Of a stretch of 43,657 nucleotides of DNA, positions 1-8,468 are shown one piece after another; positions within the stretch are counted from its first letter, which is position 1; every line of letters starts with the position of its first letter. The stretch spans positions 1 to 43,657 of the forward strand of contig CAYTIA010000001.1 in assembly GCA_964437755.1 (NCBI GenBank), given 5' to 3'. Origin of the DNA: an uncultured Pseudomonadales bacterium. GTDB taxonomy: Bacteria > Patescibacteriota > Microgenomatia > UBA1400 > PJMF01. The notes under the pieces are model-generated. The model saw only the letters and a list, made by a program, of their open reading frames with translations, was not told where the DNA came from and made no database searches. The position numbers and the translations under genes were made by a program.

Positions 1-65
1 TCTGAAAGGTGCAAGTGGCTATGGGACACACTGGTTCCAGACCCGCATGCTCCGCCAGCAACCTT

Positions 66-569
66 ATGGAAATATCCTACTCTCCTCAACAAAATCCCAA
101 TCTAACTGAACTTGAAAATTTTTTTGAAGATGTGTTTGATGATCTTGACGATAACGAAGCGTTTACAGAAGATCAAGATCAAGCACTTAATGAGTGGTTT
201 TCGATGGAAGAAATGGTTTCATACTTTTTACATGGACAGTTATTTGAAGCAAGATCGCAAGATAATCAACTCATTGGAGCAGTTTTTATTGGTAAACAGA
301 ATCCAATTTCTTGGCCAGATGGTAAAAAAATGGAGGTTTTTATTTTGGGCGTTAATAAAAAATACAGAAAAATTGGAGTTGCAAAACAGCTAATGATTTT
401 GGCTGAAGAATTCGCAACTAGACACAAAGCAAAAAAAATCGTGGTTAATACTCATGTTGCTATGAGCTCGGTGCATAGATTTTATCAAAACATAGGGTAC
501 AAAAAGATGGGCGTGTTAGCTAACTACTACGACAACGGCGATGCTGTTTTCTTTCAAAAAATTCTCTGA
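66..569 (+). CDS. GNAT family N-acetyltransferase
   Basis: Acetyl-CoA motif LGVNKKYRKIGVAKQLM and C-terminal RFYQNIGY. ATG at 66 preferred over GTG at 9. Confidence 0.85.
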   Translation: MEISYSPQQNPNLTELENFFEDVFDDLDDNEAFTEDQDQALNEWFSMEEMVSYFLHGQLFEARSQDNQLIGAVFIGKQNPISWPDGKKMEVFILGVNKKYRKIGVAKQLMILAEEFATRHKAKKIVVNTHVAMSSVHRFYQNIGYKKMGVLANYYDNGDAVFFQKIL

Positions 570-610
570 TTATCACTATAATAGACATCAGTTTAATAAC
601 TCGTCTCATT

Positions 611-2347
611 ATGCTCATCAATACACGTTTTTTTGCACCTCTTATTAAGAAGTTTCAGCAACACCGTTACCTGTTTTCAATTCTTTTAATTTTGCTTTTA
701 GCACTCATTTTGCGTTTTCCTTTTCTGAGTATGTTCCCACCAGCCATGGTTCAAGATGAGGTTGGATTGGGATACTCAGCCATCAGTATTGCCGAAACAG
801 GCAAAGACGAGTGGGGAGAAAGTTATCCTTTATTTTTTAAATCTTTTGGAGATTACAAACCGCCAGCTTTTATTTATTTAACAGCAGGTTTATATAAACT
901 GATTGGCTGGCATCAGGTTTTGCCACGAATCACTTCAGCAATTGCTGGAGTCTTTACCGTTTTTTTAACAATTTTATGGATTAAACAGATCACTCAATCA
1001 AAAAAACTCGGATTGCTGGCAGGCTTAATCATGGCCACTAGTCCATGGGCAATACACCTAAGCAGAATGGCTCTCGAAAGTAATTTAGCTCTCACCTTTT
1101 TTATGGCTGGCTTACTTTTTTTGAGCTCACAAAAATCTTTGAAAAAAATAATTTTATCTGCTGTTTTTTTTAGCTTAAGTAGCTATACCTATCATAGTTA
1201 CAAGTACTTGATTATCTTATTTTTACTCGCCTATATTTTTAGCATCGTTGCTTTTCATTTCAAAAAACTAAAAAATCAGCAACAGTTGTTAAAAAATCTC
1301 CTCTTCATCTTATTACTTTCAAGTTTTTTATCTTTGCCAATCTTCTTTGCCAAAGGAGCTACAGGCAGAATGAGTCAAACCTTGCTACTAGGTTCTGAAG
1401 ATAGCTACTTCACCTACAAATATCATGAAAATAACTGCCACATTACGCTCAGCAAGATCAATCCACGATTAAATATCATCTGCAGAGCTCAATATAATAA
1501 ATTTACTCGGCCAGTTTTAACATTTTTTGATAGCTATCTTCAGCATCTTTCCCCAGGTTTTTATTTTTTTTCAGGAGATAGTAAAGTTGGAAGAAATCCA
1601 ACTCAGGCAGGTGAGTTTTACTCGATTCTTTTTATCTTTTGGATATGTGGATTTTTTAAACTATTAAAAAATCCAAAAAAACAACTCTTACTTGTTGTTG
1701 GTTTTTTAACCGCCGCTATTCCATCTGCAGCATCTGGAGAACTTCATGCAATCAGATTATCAACAACCATACCATTTATGGTTCTCACTATAGTTATCGG
1801 CTATGAATATTTTCAAGAAAAAATTTATAAACACTATCTAATCGACTATTTATTCGTTGCTATTCTACTTTTATTAACAGCGAGTTTTTCAATTAAGTAT
1901 ATGAGTATCACTCATGTTGGGCTTGAAAATCCACCAACCTTTTTATCTTTTGCCAAAAAGGTAGCTCAAATCGAACATGATTATATAGAACAGAACTACA
2001 CCGTTTATGCTGATTATGATCTTTATCCGGAACCTCATATTTACTATGCCTACTGGAACAAGATTGATCCCGTTGTCACTCAGCAATCGTTCGCCAATGT
2101 TTTATTAGAACAAAAAGGTTTTTCACGACCCAAACAGTTTGGAGAAAGAATGATTTTTGAGAGAGGCAGTTTAAATCTGATAGATTGCCAAGCTTCAGAG
2201 ATTCCAAAAATTGTGTATATAAGAAAAGATCAGATTAATGGAGTTACTGCCATCAGGGTTGTTAAGGACAATGCCAATCAATACGATTTCGCGTATGTTT
2301 ATGAAGGCTGGCAACTGTGTGAAAATTCAAGAATTAAGAAAAACTGA
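611..2347 (+). CDS. GT-C fold (ArnT/PMT-like, GT39-type) membrane glycosyltransferase
   Basis: Multi-TM protein with first-loop QDE...GKDEWG...FGDYKPP motif and SPWAIHLSR. Confidence 0.8.
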   Translation: MLINTRFFAPLIKKFQQHRYLFSILLILLLALILRFPFLSMFPPAMVQDEVGLGYSAISIAETGKDEWGESYPLFFKSFGDYKPPAFIYLTAGLYKLIGWHQVLPRITSAIAGVFTVFLTILWIKQITQSKKLGLLAGLIMATSPWAIHLSRMALESNLALTFFMAGLLFLSSQKSLKKIILSAVFFSLSSYTYHSYKYLIILFLLAYIFSIVAFHFKKLKNQQQLLKNLLFILLLSSFLSLPIFFAKGATGRMSQTLLLGSEDSYFTYKYHENNCHITLSKINPRLNIICRAQYNKFTRPVLTFFDSYLQHLSPGFYFFSGDSKVGRNPTQAGEFYSILFIFWICGFFKLLKNPKKQLLLVVGFLTAAIPSAASGELHAIRLSTTIPFMVLTIVIGYEYFQEKIYKHYLIDYLFVAILLLLTASFSIKYMSITHVGLENPPTFLSFAKKVAQIEHDYIEQNYTVYADYDLYPEPHIYYAYWNKIDPVVTQQSFANVLLEQKGFSRPKQFGERMIFERGSLNLIDCQASEIPKIVYIRKDQINGVTAIRVVKDNANQYDFAYVYEGWQLCENSRIKKN

Positions 2348-2356
2348 TCTGAAATT

Positions 2357-4024
2357 ATGTTTGCTAGCACACTCACCTGTCTTAAAAAAAATGTAGCTTT
2401 TCTTGCCGTTCTTCTGCTAACATTTTTTGTTGTTAAAAATGCATACTCTCAACAAGGAATTTTCCAGACTCATGATGGACAGATGCATCTCATCAGATCT
2501 CTGCATTTTTTTTCTGAGTTAAAAAAGGGTCAGTTTCCTGTTAGAGTCTCTTCAGACTTAGCCTATCAATACAGCTATCCAGTTTTTCAGTATTTCTATC
2601 CATTGCCATACTATACTGTTGGGATTTTTCAGCTGATTGGTTTAAGTACCACTGAAAGTTGGCGCTTTGTACTATCAATATCAACTTTTTTATCACTCTG
2701 GTTTTTTTACAAATGGATGCGCTGTTCATTTAAAAATACTCCCTCACTAATAGCAACAACAATCTATGCCCTCGTTCCTTTCAGATTTCTAACATTGTTT
2801 GTTACGGGGCAAATTGGAGGATATTTCGCACTAGTATTTGCTCCTTTAATTGGTTGGGGGTTATACAACTTATTAAAAGATCATCAAAAAAATCTGTTTG
2901 GAGGCAGTCTAATCGCACTCGGTATTGCTGGAATGATCTTGTCTCATCTACTATCCGTAATAATCTTTTTTATACCCTTAGCTAGCTATGGAGCTTATTT
3001 ATTATTTACTAATTTTTCTTGGGATAAATTTCGAAAATTAATCCTCTGGGTAATTGTTGGGCTGGGATTATCATCTTTTTATTTAATACCCTTTTTATTC
3101 GAAAAATCCACGGTTAAATTAGGACAAGAGGTAATTATTAATCATCAAGATCACTGGCCAGCTTTTAAACAGTTAATATATTCACCTTGGGGTCATGGTT
3201 ATTCGCTATCAGGCGTAACTGATGGCTTATCTTTTCAAGTAGGACTAACAATCATAACCACATGGTTTATTAGTTTTCTTGTTTTTCTAATTAATAAAAA
3301 GAAAAAGTGGTTGGCTTTGATAATGACGTTAACTTTTAGTTTCATCTTTTTTTTGATGTTAAAACAGTCTTCATTTTTGTGGGAAATTTTCTTTCCACTT
3401 CAATATTTACAGTATCCGTGGCGACTGTTGGCGTCGACCTCTCTTGTTGGAGCTTGGTTAACTGGCTGGATTCTAGATAATTTATCAAACAAAAAAAGCG
3501 CGGTTTTAGGCTTATTATTGGTAGCGCTCGCAGTAATAAATGCTAGAAACTACACCAAGCCTTGGCCTCTTGATTGGAAAACTGATGAGGACTTTATAGC
3601 TGATAAACAAAACTATTATGGATCTACCGATATTTCGTGGGAGTTAATGCCAGCAAGCGCTGTTGAAGTGCCAAAAGATCTAGGAGATGAAATTTTAAGC
3701 GATAGTCGAGAAGTGATCATTAACTATATTCAAAGACCAAACTCAGGAAAAACTAGACTGAAGTTTATAGCGATATCTGATCAACCAGCCAATCTAATAT
3801 TGCCTGTTTGGAATTATCCCTATTGGCTAATAAAGATTAATGGAGAAACTGTTAAAACAAGCAATAACATAGGAAAAATTGAGATTAAGATAAATTCAGG
3901 AGAATCGGCTGTTGAGTTGATATTAATCAAAACAAAAACTCAAAGAATTGCCGATCTCATTTCATTATCGTTTTTTGTTATTATGGGAACTATCATTTTA
4001 AAAAATACCAAAAATGGAAGTTAA
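2357..4024 (+). CDS. Multi-TM GT-C-like protein (PTPS-related/YfhO-like membrane family)
   Basis: THDGQMH, YSYPVFQYFYPLPYY and LQYPWRLL motifs with many TM segments. Confidence 0.7.
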   Translation: MFASTLTCLKKNVAFLAVLLLTFFVVKNAYSQQGIFQTHDGQMHLIRSLHFFSELKKGQFPVRVSSDLAYQYSYPVFQYFYPLPYYTVGIFQLIGLSTTESWRFVLSISTFLSLWFFYKWMRCSFKNTPSLIATTIYALVPFRFLTLFVTGQIGGYFALVFAPLIGWGLYNLLKDHQKNLFGGSLIALGIAGMILSHLLSVIIFFIPLASYGAYLLFTNFSWDKFRKLILWVIVGLGLSSFYLIPFLFEKSTVKLGQEVIINHQDHWPAFKQLIYSPWGHGYSLSGVTDGLSFQVGLTIITTWFISFLVFLINKKKKWLALIMTLTFSFIFFLMLKQSSFLWEIFFPLQYLQYPWRLLASTSLVGAWLTGWILDNLSNKKSAVLGLLLVALAVINARNYTKPWPLDWKTDEDFIADKQNYYGSTDISWELMPASAVEVPKDLGDEILSDSREVIINYIQRPNSGKTRLKFIAISDQPANLILPVWNYPYWLIKINGETVKTSNNIGKIEIKINSGESAVELILIKTKTQRIADLISLSFFVIMGTIILKNTKNGS

Positions 4025-4721
4025 TTTTAATTATAAATCTCTTACTAAAAATTCTAATGTTTCCACAAAAACAGTATCAAGAGATTACTCATTTTGGCTA
4101 TTACTAATCACTAATCTAATTACAATCTTTTTTGCAATTCGAGAAAGCTGGGAAGTAGCCGTTCTTATATGGATATATTGGGGTCAAAATATCATCATCG
4201 GTTTTTTTAACTTTTTGAAGATTTTATCGTTAAAAGAGTTTTCAACAGAGGGATTTCGTATTAATGATCAACCAGTTGATCCAACAGATGAAATCAAAAA
4301 AAATACAGCGTTCTTTTTTTTACTCCACTACGGTTTTTTTCATCTAATCTATTTTCTCTTTCTATTTTTAGATCGACCTTCTTCAAACAGTTCTTCCTCT
4401 GAAATTTATCTTTCTCAGACTGAGATTTCTTTTGTATTGCTTTCAATTTTCTTATTTTTCATCAATCATGCCTTTTCTTACCTTTTCAATAAAGATAAGG
4501 ATACAAAAAAGCAAAATATTGGTACGATTATGTTTTATCCATATGCCAGAGTTGTACCAATGCATTTATTTATATTCATTGCCTCAAAATTTCCTCAGCA
4601 AATTTTACCGATATTTTTGATACTAAAAACTTTTGCAGATTTAACGATGCACTCCATAGAGCACGGTATGGCTAGTGCAGAAGAATTGCCTACAGAACTC
4701 TCATCAACGATTGAGAAATGA
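4014..4721 (+). CDS. Membrane protein (DUF6498-like)
   Basis: YWGQNIIIG, FFLLHYGFF and PYARVVPMH motifs; several TM segments. Confidence 0.6.
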   Translation: MEVNFNYKSLTKNSNVSTKTVSRDYSFWLLLITNLITIFFAIRESWEVAVLIWIYWGQNIIIGFFNFLKILSLKEFSTEGFRINDQPVDPTDEIKKNTAFFFLLHYGFFHLIYFLFLFLDRPSSNSSSSEIYLSQTEISFVLLSIFLFFINHAFSYLFNKDKDTKKQNIGTIMFYPYARVVPMHLFIFIASKFPQQILPIFLILKTFADLTMHSIEHGMASAEELPTELSSTIEK

Positions 4722-5093
4722 TCTTCTAAACCAGCTCCAAACACGATGATACCACTTTACTTGAGGTTTCCAGTTAGATAGATCAACTAATGCTGATTCT
4801 GTAGCCTCGCTCACCTCCTCAGTAATTTCTGGAGTTGGAGTGGGTTGGGTAGTTGGTGTACTTGTTGGGATTAAGGTTGGAACCACGGTCGGTCTCACCG
4901 GAACTGAAGTTGGATTGGAGACAACTCCCGATCCATATAATCTTTCGTTTTCCTCTCCCATCTGTCGCCACTTTTCTTTGAGTTCATCTGATGGTGGCTC
5001 AGGATAAGCAACAGCACAAACAGGTTTGGCAAGCTGTCCAAACAACGCAATCATTAGTAATAAATAAAAAACACTATATGTTATTTTTTTCAT
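4704..5093 (-). CDS. Exported Pro/Thr-rich hypothetical protein
   Basis: Signal peptide, PTxTPT linker and amphipathic WYHRVWSWF C-terminus. Confidence 0.7.
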   Translation of the reverse strand: MKKITYSVFYLLLMIALFGQLAKPVCAVAYPEPPSDELKEKWRQMGEENERLYGSGVVSNPTSVPVRPTVVPTLIPTSTPTTQPTPTPEITEEVSEATESALVDLSNWKPQVKWYHRVWSWFRRSFLNR

Positions 5094-5153
5094 TTTTTAG
5101 GAACAATTATCAACGATCTGTATTTTATCATTAAATGTGATAAAATCGCTTTT

Positions 5154-5228
5154 ATGTTATTTTCAGCATCTTGGCAACTCCACCATCATTGTTATCATCA
5201 ACCCGATTTAGGAGGGCTAGGACTTTAG
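5154..5228 (+). CDS. Putative His-rich attenuator leader peptide MLFSASWQLHHHCYHQPDLGGLGL
   Basis: ATG 5154 to TAG 5228, with His codons CAC CAT CAT at 5181-5189 and CAT at 5196-5198. Extended -10 TGaTAAAAT at 5138-5146 would make it leaderless. Confidence 0.55.
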   Translation: MLFSASWQLHHHCYHQPDLGGLGL

Positions 5229-5256
5229 TATCTATATAACAATTTAACCCAAACTT

Positions 5257-5284
5257 AACCCTCCTTAAACAGAGGGTTTTTTTA
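5257..5284 (+). terminator. Intrinsic terminator of a putative attenuator upstream of the M20 peptidase
   Basis: AACCCTC-cttaaaca-GAGGGTT followed by a T run. Its 5' arm can pair alternatively with TTTAGGAGGGCTAGG (5207-5221). Confidence 0.65.
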
Positions 5285-5309
5285 TTATTAAATATCAGAG
5301 AAAGAAAAA

Positions 5310-6401
5310 ATGTTAAATCAAAAAATATTTCTAAAACAACTATCAAAATTAGTATCATTCAAAACAGTAACAGGAAACGTCAAATCTAATCAAGAAGCAC
5401 TTGAGTATGTAATAAGCCTAATTGATCCATTAGCAAAAATTAAACTAATAAGCGACCAAACTAGACAGATTCTTTTGGCAGGAAACATCGAAACAAAAAA
5501 GCCAGATTACACTTATCTGGTCCACATTGATGTAGTGCCTGGAGAAGCAACTCAGTTTACAGTTAAACAGAACGACGATCTTCTCTATGGGAGAGGTGTG
5601 AGCGATATGAAGTTCTCGATTCCAATTGGAGTTGCTCTGCTAAATGAGATAATCCAAACGAAATCAAACCTCAAATTTCAGTTAGCCATTACTACTGACG
5701 AGGAAACTGGAGGTTACGCTGGCACCAAATATTTGGTAGATGAGTATCAACTTCGACCGAGAGCGGTGATCGTTCCAGACGGTGGAAATGAGGGCTTAGT
5801 TGTCAATAAATCAAAGGGAGTCTGCCAACTAATTATAACCACACAAGGTAAAACAGCGCACGCTTCACAGCCATGGAATGGACAAAATGCTATTACGCCT
5901 CTCGTTAAGCTCGCATCAAAGCTAATTGAGAAGTATGATGATAACAATGCTAAAGAGTGCTGGGAAACAACCATGAATCTAGGACAAATCAATGGTGGCT
6001 CTGCCATCAATCAAGTCTGTCCTCAGGCAACTCTCAAGATTGATTTTAGATATCCTCAGACTGATTCTGCAGATAGTCTTATCAAGGAGGTAAAAAAAAT
6101 TGCCAAAGAGATTGGTGAAGAGTTCTCAATTGAGCTCGGCTCAATGGGCTTACCAACTTACACCGATGGTGCTTTACCAATCGTTCAAAAATTTGCCAAA
6201 AATTTAGAGAGCGAGATGGGAGTTAAGGTTGAAATTAAGGGAGAGTGTGGTGCATCTGATGCAAGGTTTTTTGCACCTTTTAACACACCAATCTTAATGA
6301 GTAAGCCAAAAGGTGGACAGATTCACTCTGATGATGAGTGGCTCAGTCTGAGCTCAACTCTAAAATTTTATCAAGCTTTGAGAAGACAGTTGGATCTTTA
6401 G
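5310..6401 (+). CDS. M20 family metallopeptidase/amidohydrolase (ArgE/DapE/PepV-like)
   Basis: HIDVVP, YGRGVSDMK, TDEETGG, GASDARF and IHSDDEW motifs. Confidence 0.9.
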   Translation: MLNQKIFLKQLSKLVSFKTVTGNVKSNQEALEYVISLIDPLAKIKLISDQTRQILLAGNIETKKPDYTYLVHIDVVPGEATQFTVKQNDDLLYGRGVSDMKFSIPIGVALLNEIIQTKSNLKFQLAITTDEETGGYAGTKYLVDEYQLRPRAVIVPDGGNEGLVVNKSKGVCQLIITTQGKTAHASQPWNGQNAITPLVKLASKLIEKYDDNNAKECWETTMNLGQINGGSAINQVCPQATLKIDFRYPQTDSADSLIKEVKKIAKEIGEEFSIELGSMGLPTYTDGALPIVQKFAKNLESEMGVKVEIKGECGASDARFFAPFNTPILMSKPKGGQIHSDDEWLSLSSTLKFYQALRRQLDL

Positions 6402-6426
6402 ATGTTAAAATAGTGTTCTTGAATAA

Positions 6427-8238
6427 TTAAGAATCTTTTTGTTCAAGAACAGGAGGTGTCGCATAGCGGTCAATTGCACACGCTTGGAAAGCGTGAGCTT
6501 CACGGCTCCGTGGGTTCGAATCCCACCACCTCCGCATAATGGAACTAGCCTGTTTTGAGTACTCAAATTTGTTTGAATTACCAATCTTTTCTGTAGGTTC
6601 TAACGAGCCCACAGTTTCTAGCATTTCTTTTTTGGCTTTTTTAACAAGGTAGAATGGTTTATGCTCATCTATCAATATTTCTTTATTCATTACCTTTAGG
6701 TTCTTACCAAGTTTTGACATAATATATGTCTTTTTCTCGATACCACCATGGTCAAACCAATACCTAGCGTAACAGGCAAATTCAAAGGTTTCTTTGGATA
6801 ATTCAATCCACTGTTTCTGTCTTTCATTAACTGTGCTGAGTTGTTCGGTGATTTCTTTTTGTTCTTGAAGCAACTCTTTTTCTTGATCATCGTACATTTG
6901 TTGTCGCTCAAGATCTAAGTTTGTGTTATCTCTAGAAATCCTTAACCTTATTAAATTTCTCAAGCTTTGTTTATTTTGATCAAATCTATCTTGAAGCTGT
7001 TTAAAAACCCTTGTATCTTGTTCTTCTTCTTGATCATTAACCTCATTCAAATGATCTATAGCCCAGTCTTTAAAAGACTCAGGGATTTCGTAGTCACAAA
7101 GAACACTATCAATTTTAGTTTCAATCTTGTCAATTTCAATGCTACCTTGTGAGCAGTTTGGATGAACTTTTTTAGTACAACTATAGTATGTGTAGTGCAA
7201 AAGTGTGGGGTTATCCATATCCACGATTTTAAGATTACACTTTGGGCATCTTGTTCTTTTTTGTGTTTGTGCAAATTTTCTTTTACAACTTGAACAGATT
7301 ATTTGATGTTTTTCTTGGCAGGTAATAGACCCATCACATTCTCCACAAGTTAAAAGCTTTTTATATGGAAAGCTTTTATTTGTCGCATGTGTTCGTTTTG
7401 GTATGCCTAACCTTTGTTGAAGCGTATTAAAATCTTTTTCAGTCAGCATTGGCTTGTGCTTTCCCATTTTTTCTCCTTCAGATCTAACCATTAGTCCATA
7501 GTAGTATTCATCAGTAATCATCCTATACCAGGCTGATTTGGACAATGGTCTATTACCTCTTTTTGCCCTCTGAATAGTTCTAAATTTCCAATCGTTATTA
7601 AGTTTATTCAACGCCTGAATTGGAGTGTGGCTTCCATCGATTATTAACCTCATTGCATCTTGAATTAATGTAAATCTATCTTTATCAATATCTATGTAAG
7701 AAGCTTTTGTAATTGGATCAGTCATATTAATATAACCAACTTTAGCCAGTCCCGGCCACCAACCTTGTTCAAATTTTTCTCTATTTCCTCTTTTAACAAC
7801 ATCAGAATTATCGTCTGAAGATTTTTTACTCATCGCAAAATCTATTTGCAACATAAACTTATCGTTTGCATTATCTATTGAGATTGAAGATGGGGTCCTG
7901 ATTTCAACTAATTTTTTTGTATCTAGCAAATGAATAATCATTCCACCATCAACAGCATTTCTTGCTAATCTATTTTTGTGCCAAACTAAGATTCCATTCG
8001 CTTCACCATTACTAATTTTAGAAATCATTTCATTGAATTGAGGTCTTCCTAGCTTATAAGCACTTCCTGATTCTTTATATACACCAACTATTTTTAAATT
8101 CTTTTCTTGAGCAAAATCTGTTAATTCTCTGTATTGAGATGATAAAGATAGAATTTGTCTATCTTCGCCCTCCGTACTTTTTCTACAGTACATTAAGTAC
8201 TTTATGCTAACTTCTTCGTGTTTTATTTGTTTTTTCAT
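6427..8238 (-). CDS. Large serine recombinase (integrase); 3' end reads through the antisense tRNA
   Basis: Catalytic YCRKST, ESGSA..GRPQF and NRLARN motifs, recombinase domain, zinc ribbon and coiled coil. The tail MRRWWDSNPRS... is antisense tRNA. Confidence 0.93.
   Translation of the reverse strand: MKKQIKHEEVSIKYLMYCRKSTEGEDRQILSLSSQYRELTDFAQEKNLKIVGVYKESGSAYKLGRPQFNEMISKISNGEANGILVWHKNRLARNAVDGGMIIHLLDTKKLVEIRTPSSISIDNANDKFMLQIDFAMSKKSSDDNSDVVKRGNREKFEQGWWPGLAKVGYINMTDPITKASYIDIDKDRFTLIQDAMRLIIDGSHTPIQALNKLNNDWKFRTIQRAKRGNRPLSKSAWYRMITDEYYYGLMVRSEGEKMGKHKPMLTEKDFNTLQQRLGIPKRTHATNKSFPYKKLLTCGECDGSITCQEKHQIICSSCKRKFAQTQKRTRCPKCNLKIVDMDNPTLLHYTYYSCTKKVHPNCSQGSIEIDKIETKIDSVLCDYEIPESFKDWAIDHLNEVNDQEEEQDTRVFKQLQDRFDQNKQSLRNLIRLRISRDNTNLDLERQQMYDDQEKELLQEQKEITEQLSTVNERQKQWIELSKETFEFACYARYWFDHGGIEKKTYIMSKLGKNLKVMNKEILIDEHKPFYLVKKAKKEMLETVGSLEPTEKIGNSNKFEYSKQASSIMRRWWDSNPRSREAHAFQACAIDRYATPPVLEQKDS
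6452..6534 (+). tRNA. trnS: tRNA-Ser(GGA); CCA not encoded
   Basis: Acceptor GGAGGTG/CACCTCC plus discriminator G, anticodon arm CACGC-TT-GGA-AA-GCGTG, long variable arm GAGC-TTCACG-GCTC, T arm GTGGG-TTCGAAT-CCCAC. Confidence 0.97.
6527..6536 (+). repeat. attL core CACCTCCGCA (tRNA 3' end)
   Basis: Identical 10-mer at 21664-21673. Confidence 0.75.
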
Positions 8239-8250
8239 TTTATCCTTTTA

Positions 8251-8466
8251 TTAAATACTAATTTTGTTACTTGGTACACTATCTCTTGACTGGAGAGAGT
8301 AGCTTCTAAATATTTTTTCGTCAGAAACAGGTACTGGCTTTGTAATTTGACTCATGAATTTAAGAAGATCTTCAGCAAATGCTTCAGCATCATTCATTTC
8401 AATATTTGTATTGAAGTAGTTATCAAATGTTTTTTTAAAGCTAGTAACTGTTTCTTTCTTTAACAT
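8251..8466 (-). CDS. Small hypothetical protein between ATPase and integrase
   Basis: 71-aa ORF with 2-nt and 12-nt gaps to its co-oriented neighbours. Confidence 0.65.
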   Translation of the reverse strand: MLKKETVTSFKKTFDNYFNTNIEMNDAEAFAEDLLKFMSQITKPVPVSDEKIFRSYSLQSRDSVPSNKISI

Positions 8467-8468
8467 GT

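Noticed and set aside
1-60. GC-rich stretch ending CCCGCATGCTCCGCCA, resembling a tRNA/tmRNA or other ncRNA 3' end
   Set aside because: No pairing T-arm can be built and the 5' part lies outside the window, so it cannot be identified. It does argue against the GTG start at 9.
5152-5358. 68-aa minus-strand ORF
   Set aside because: Antisense to the attenuator-like leader and the M20 start; no protein features.
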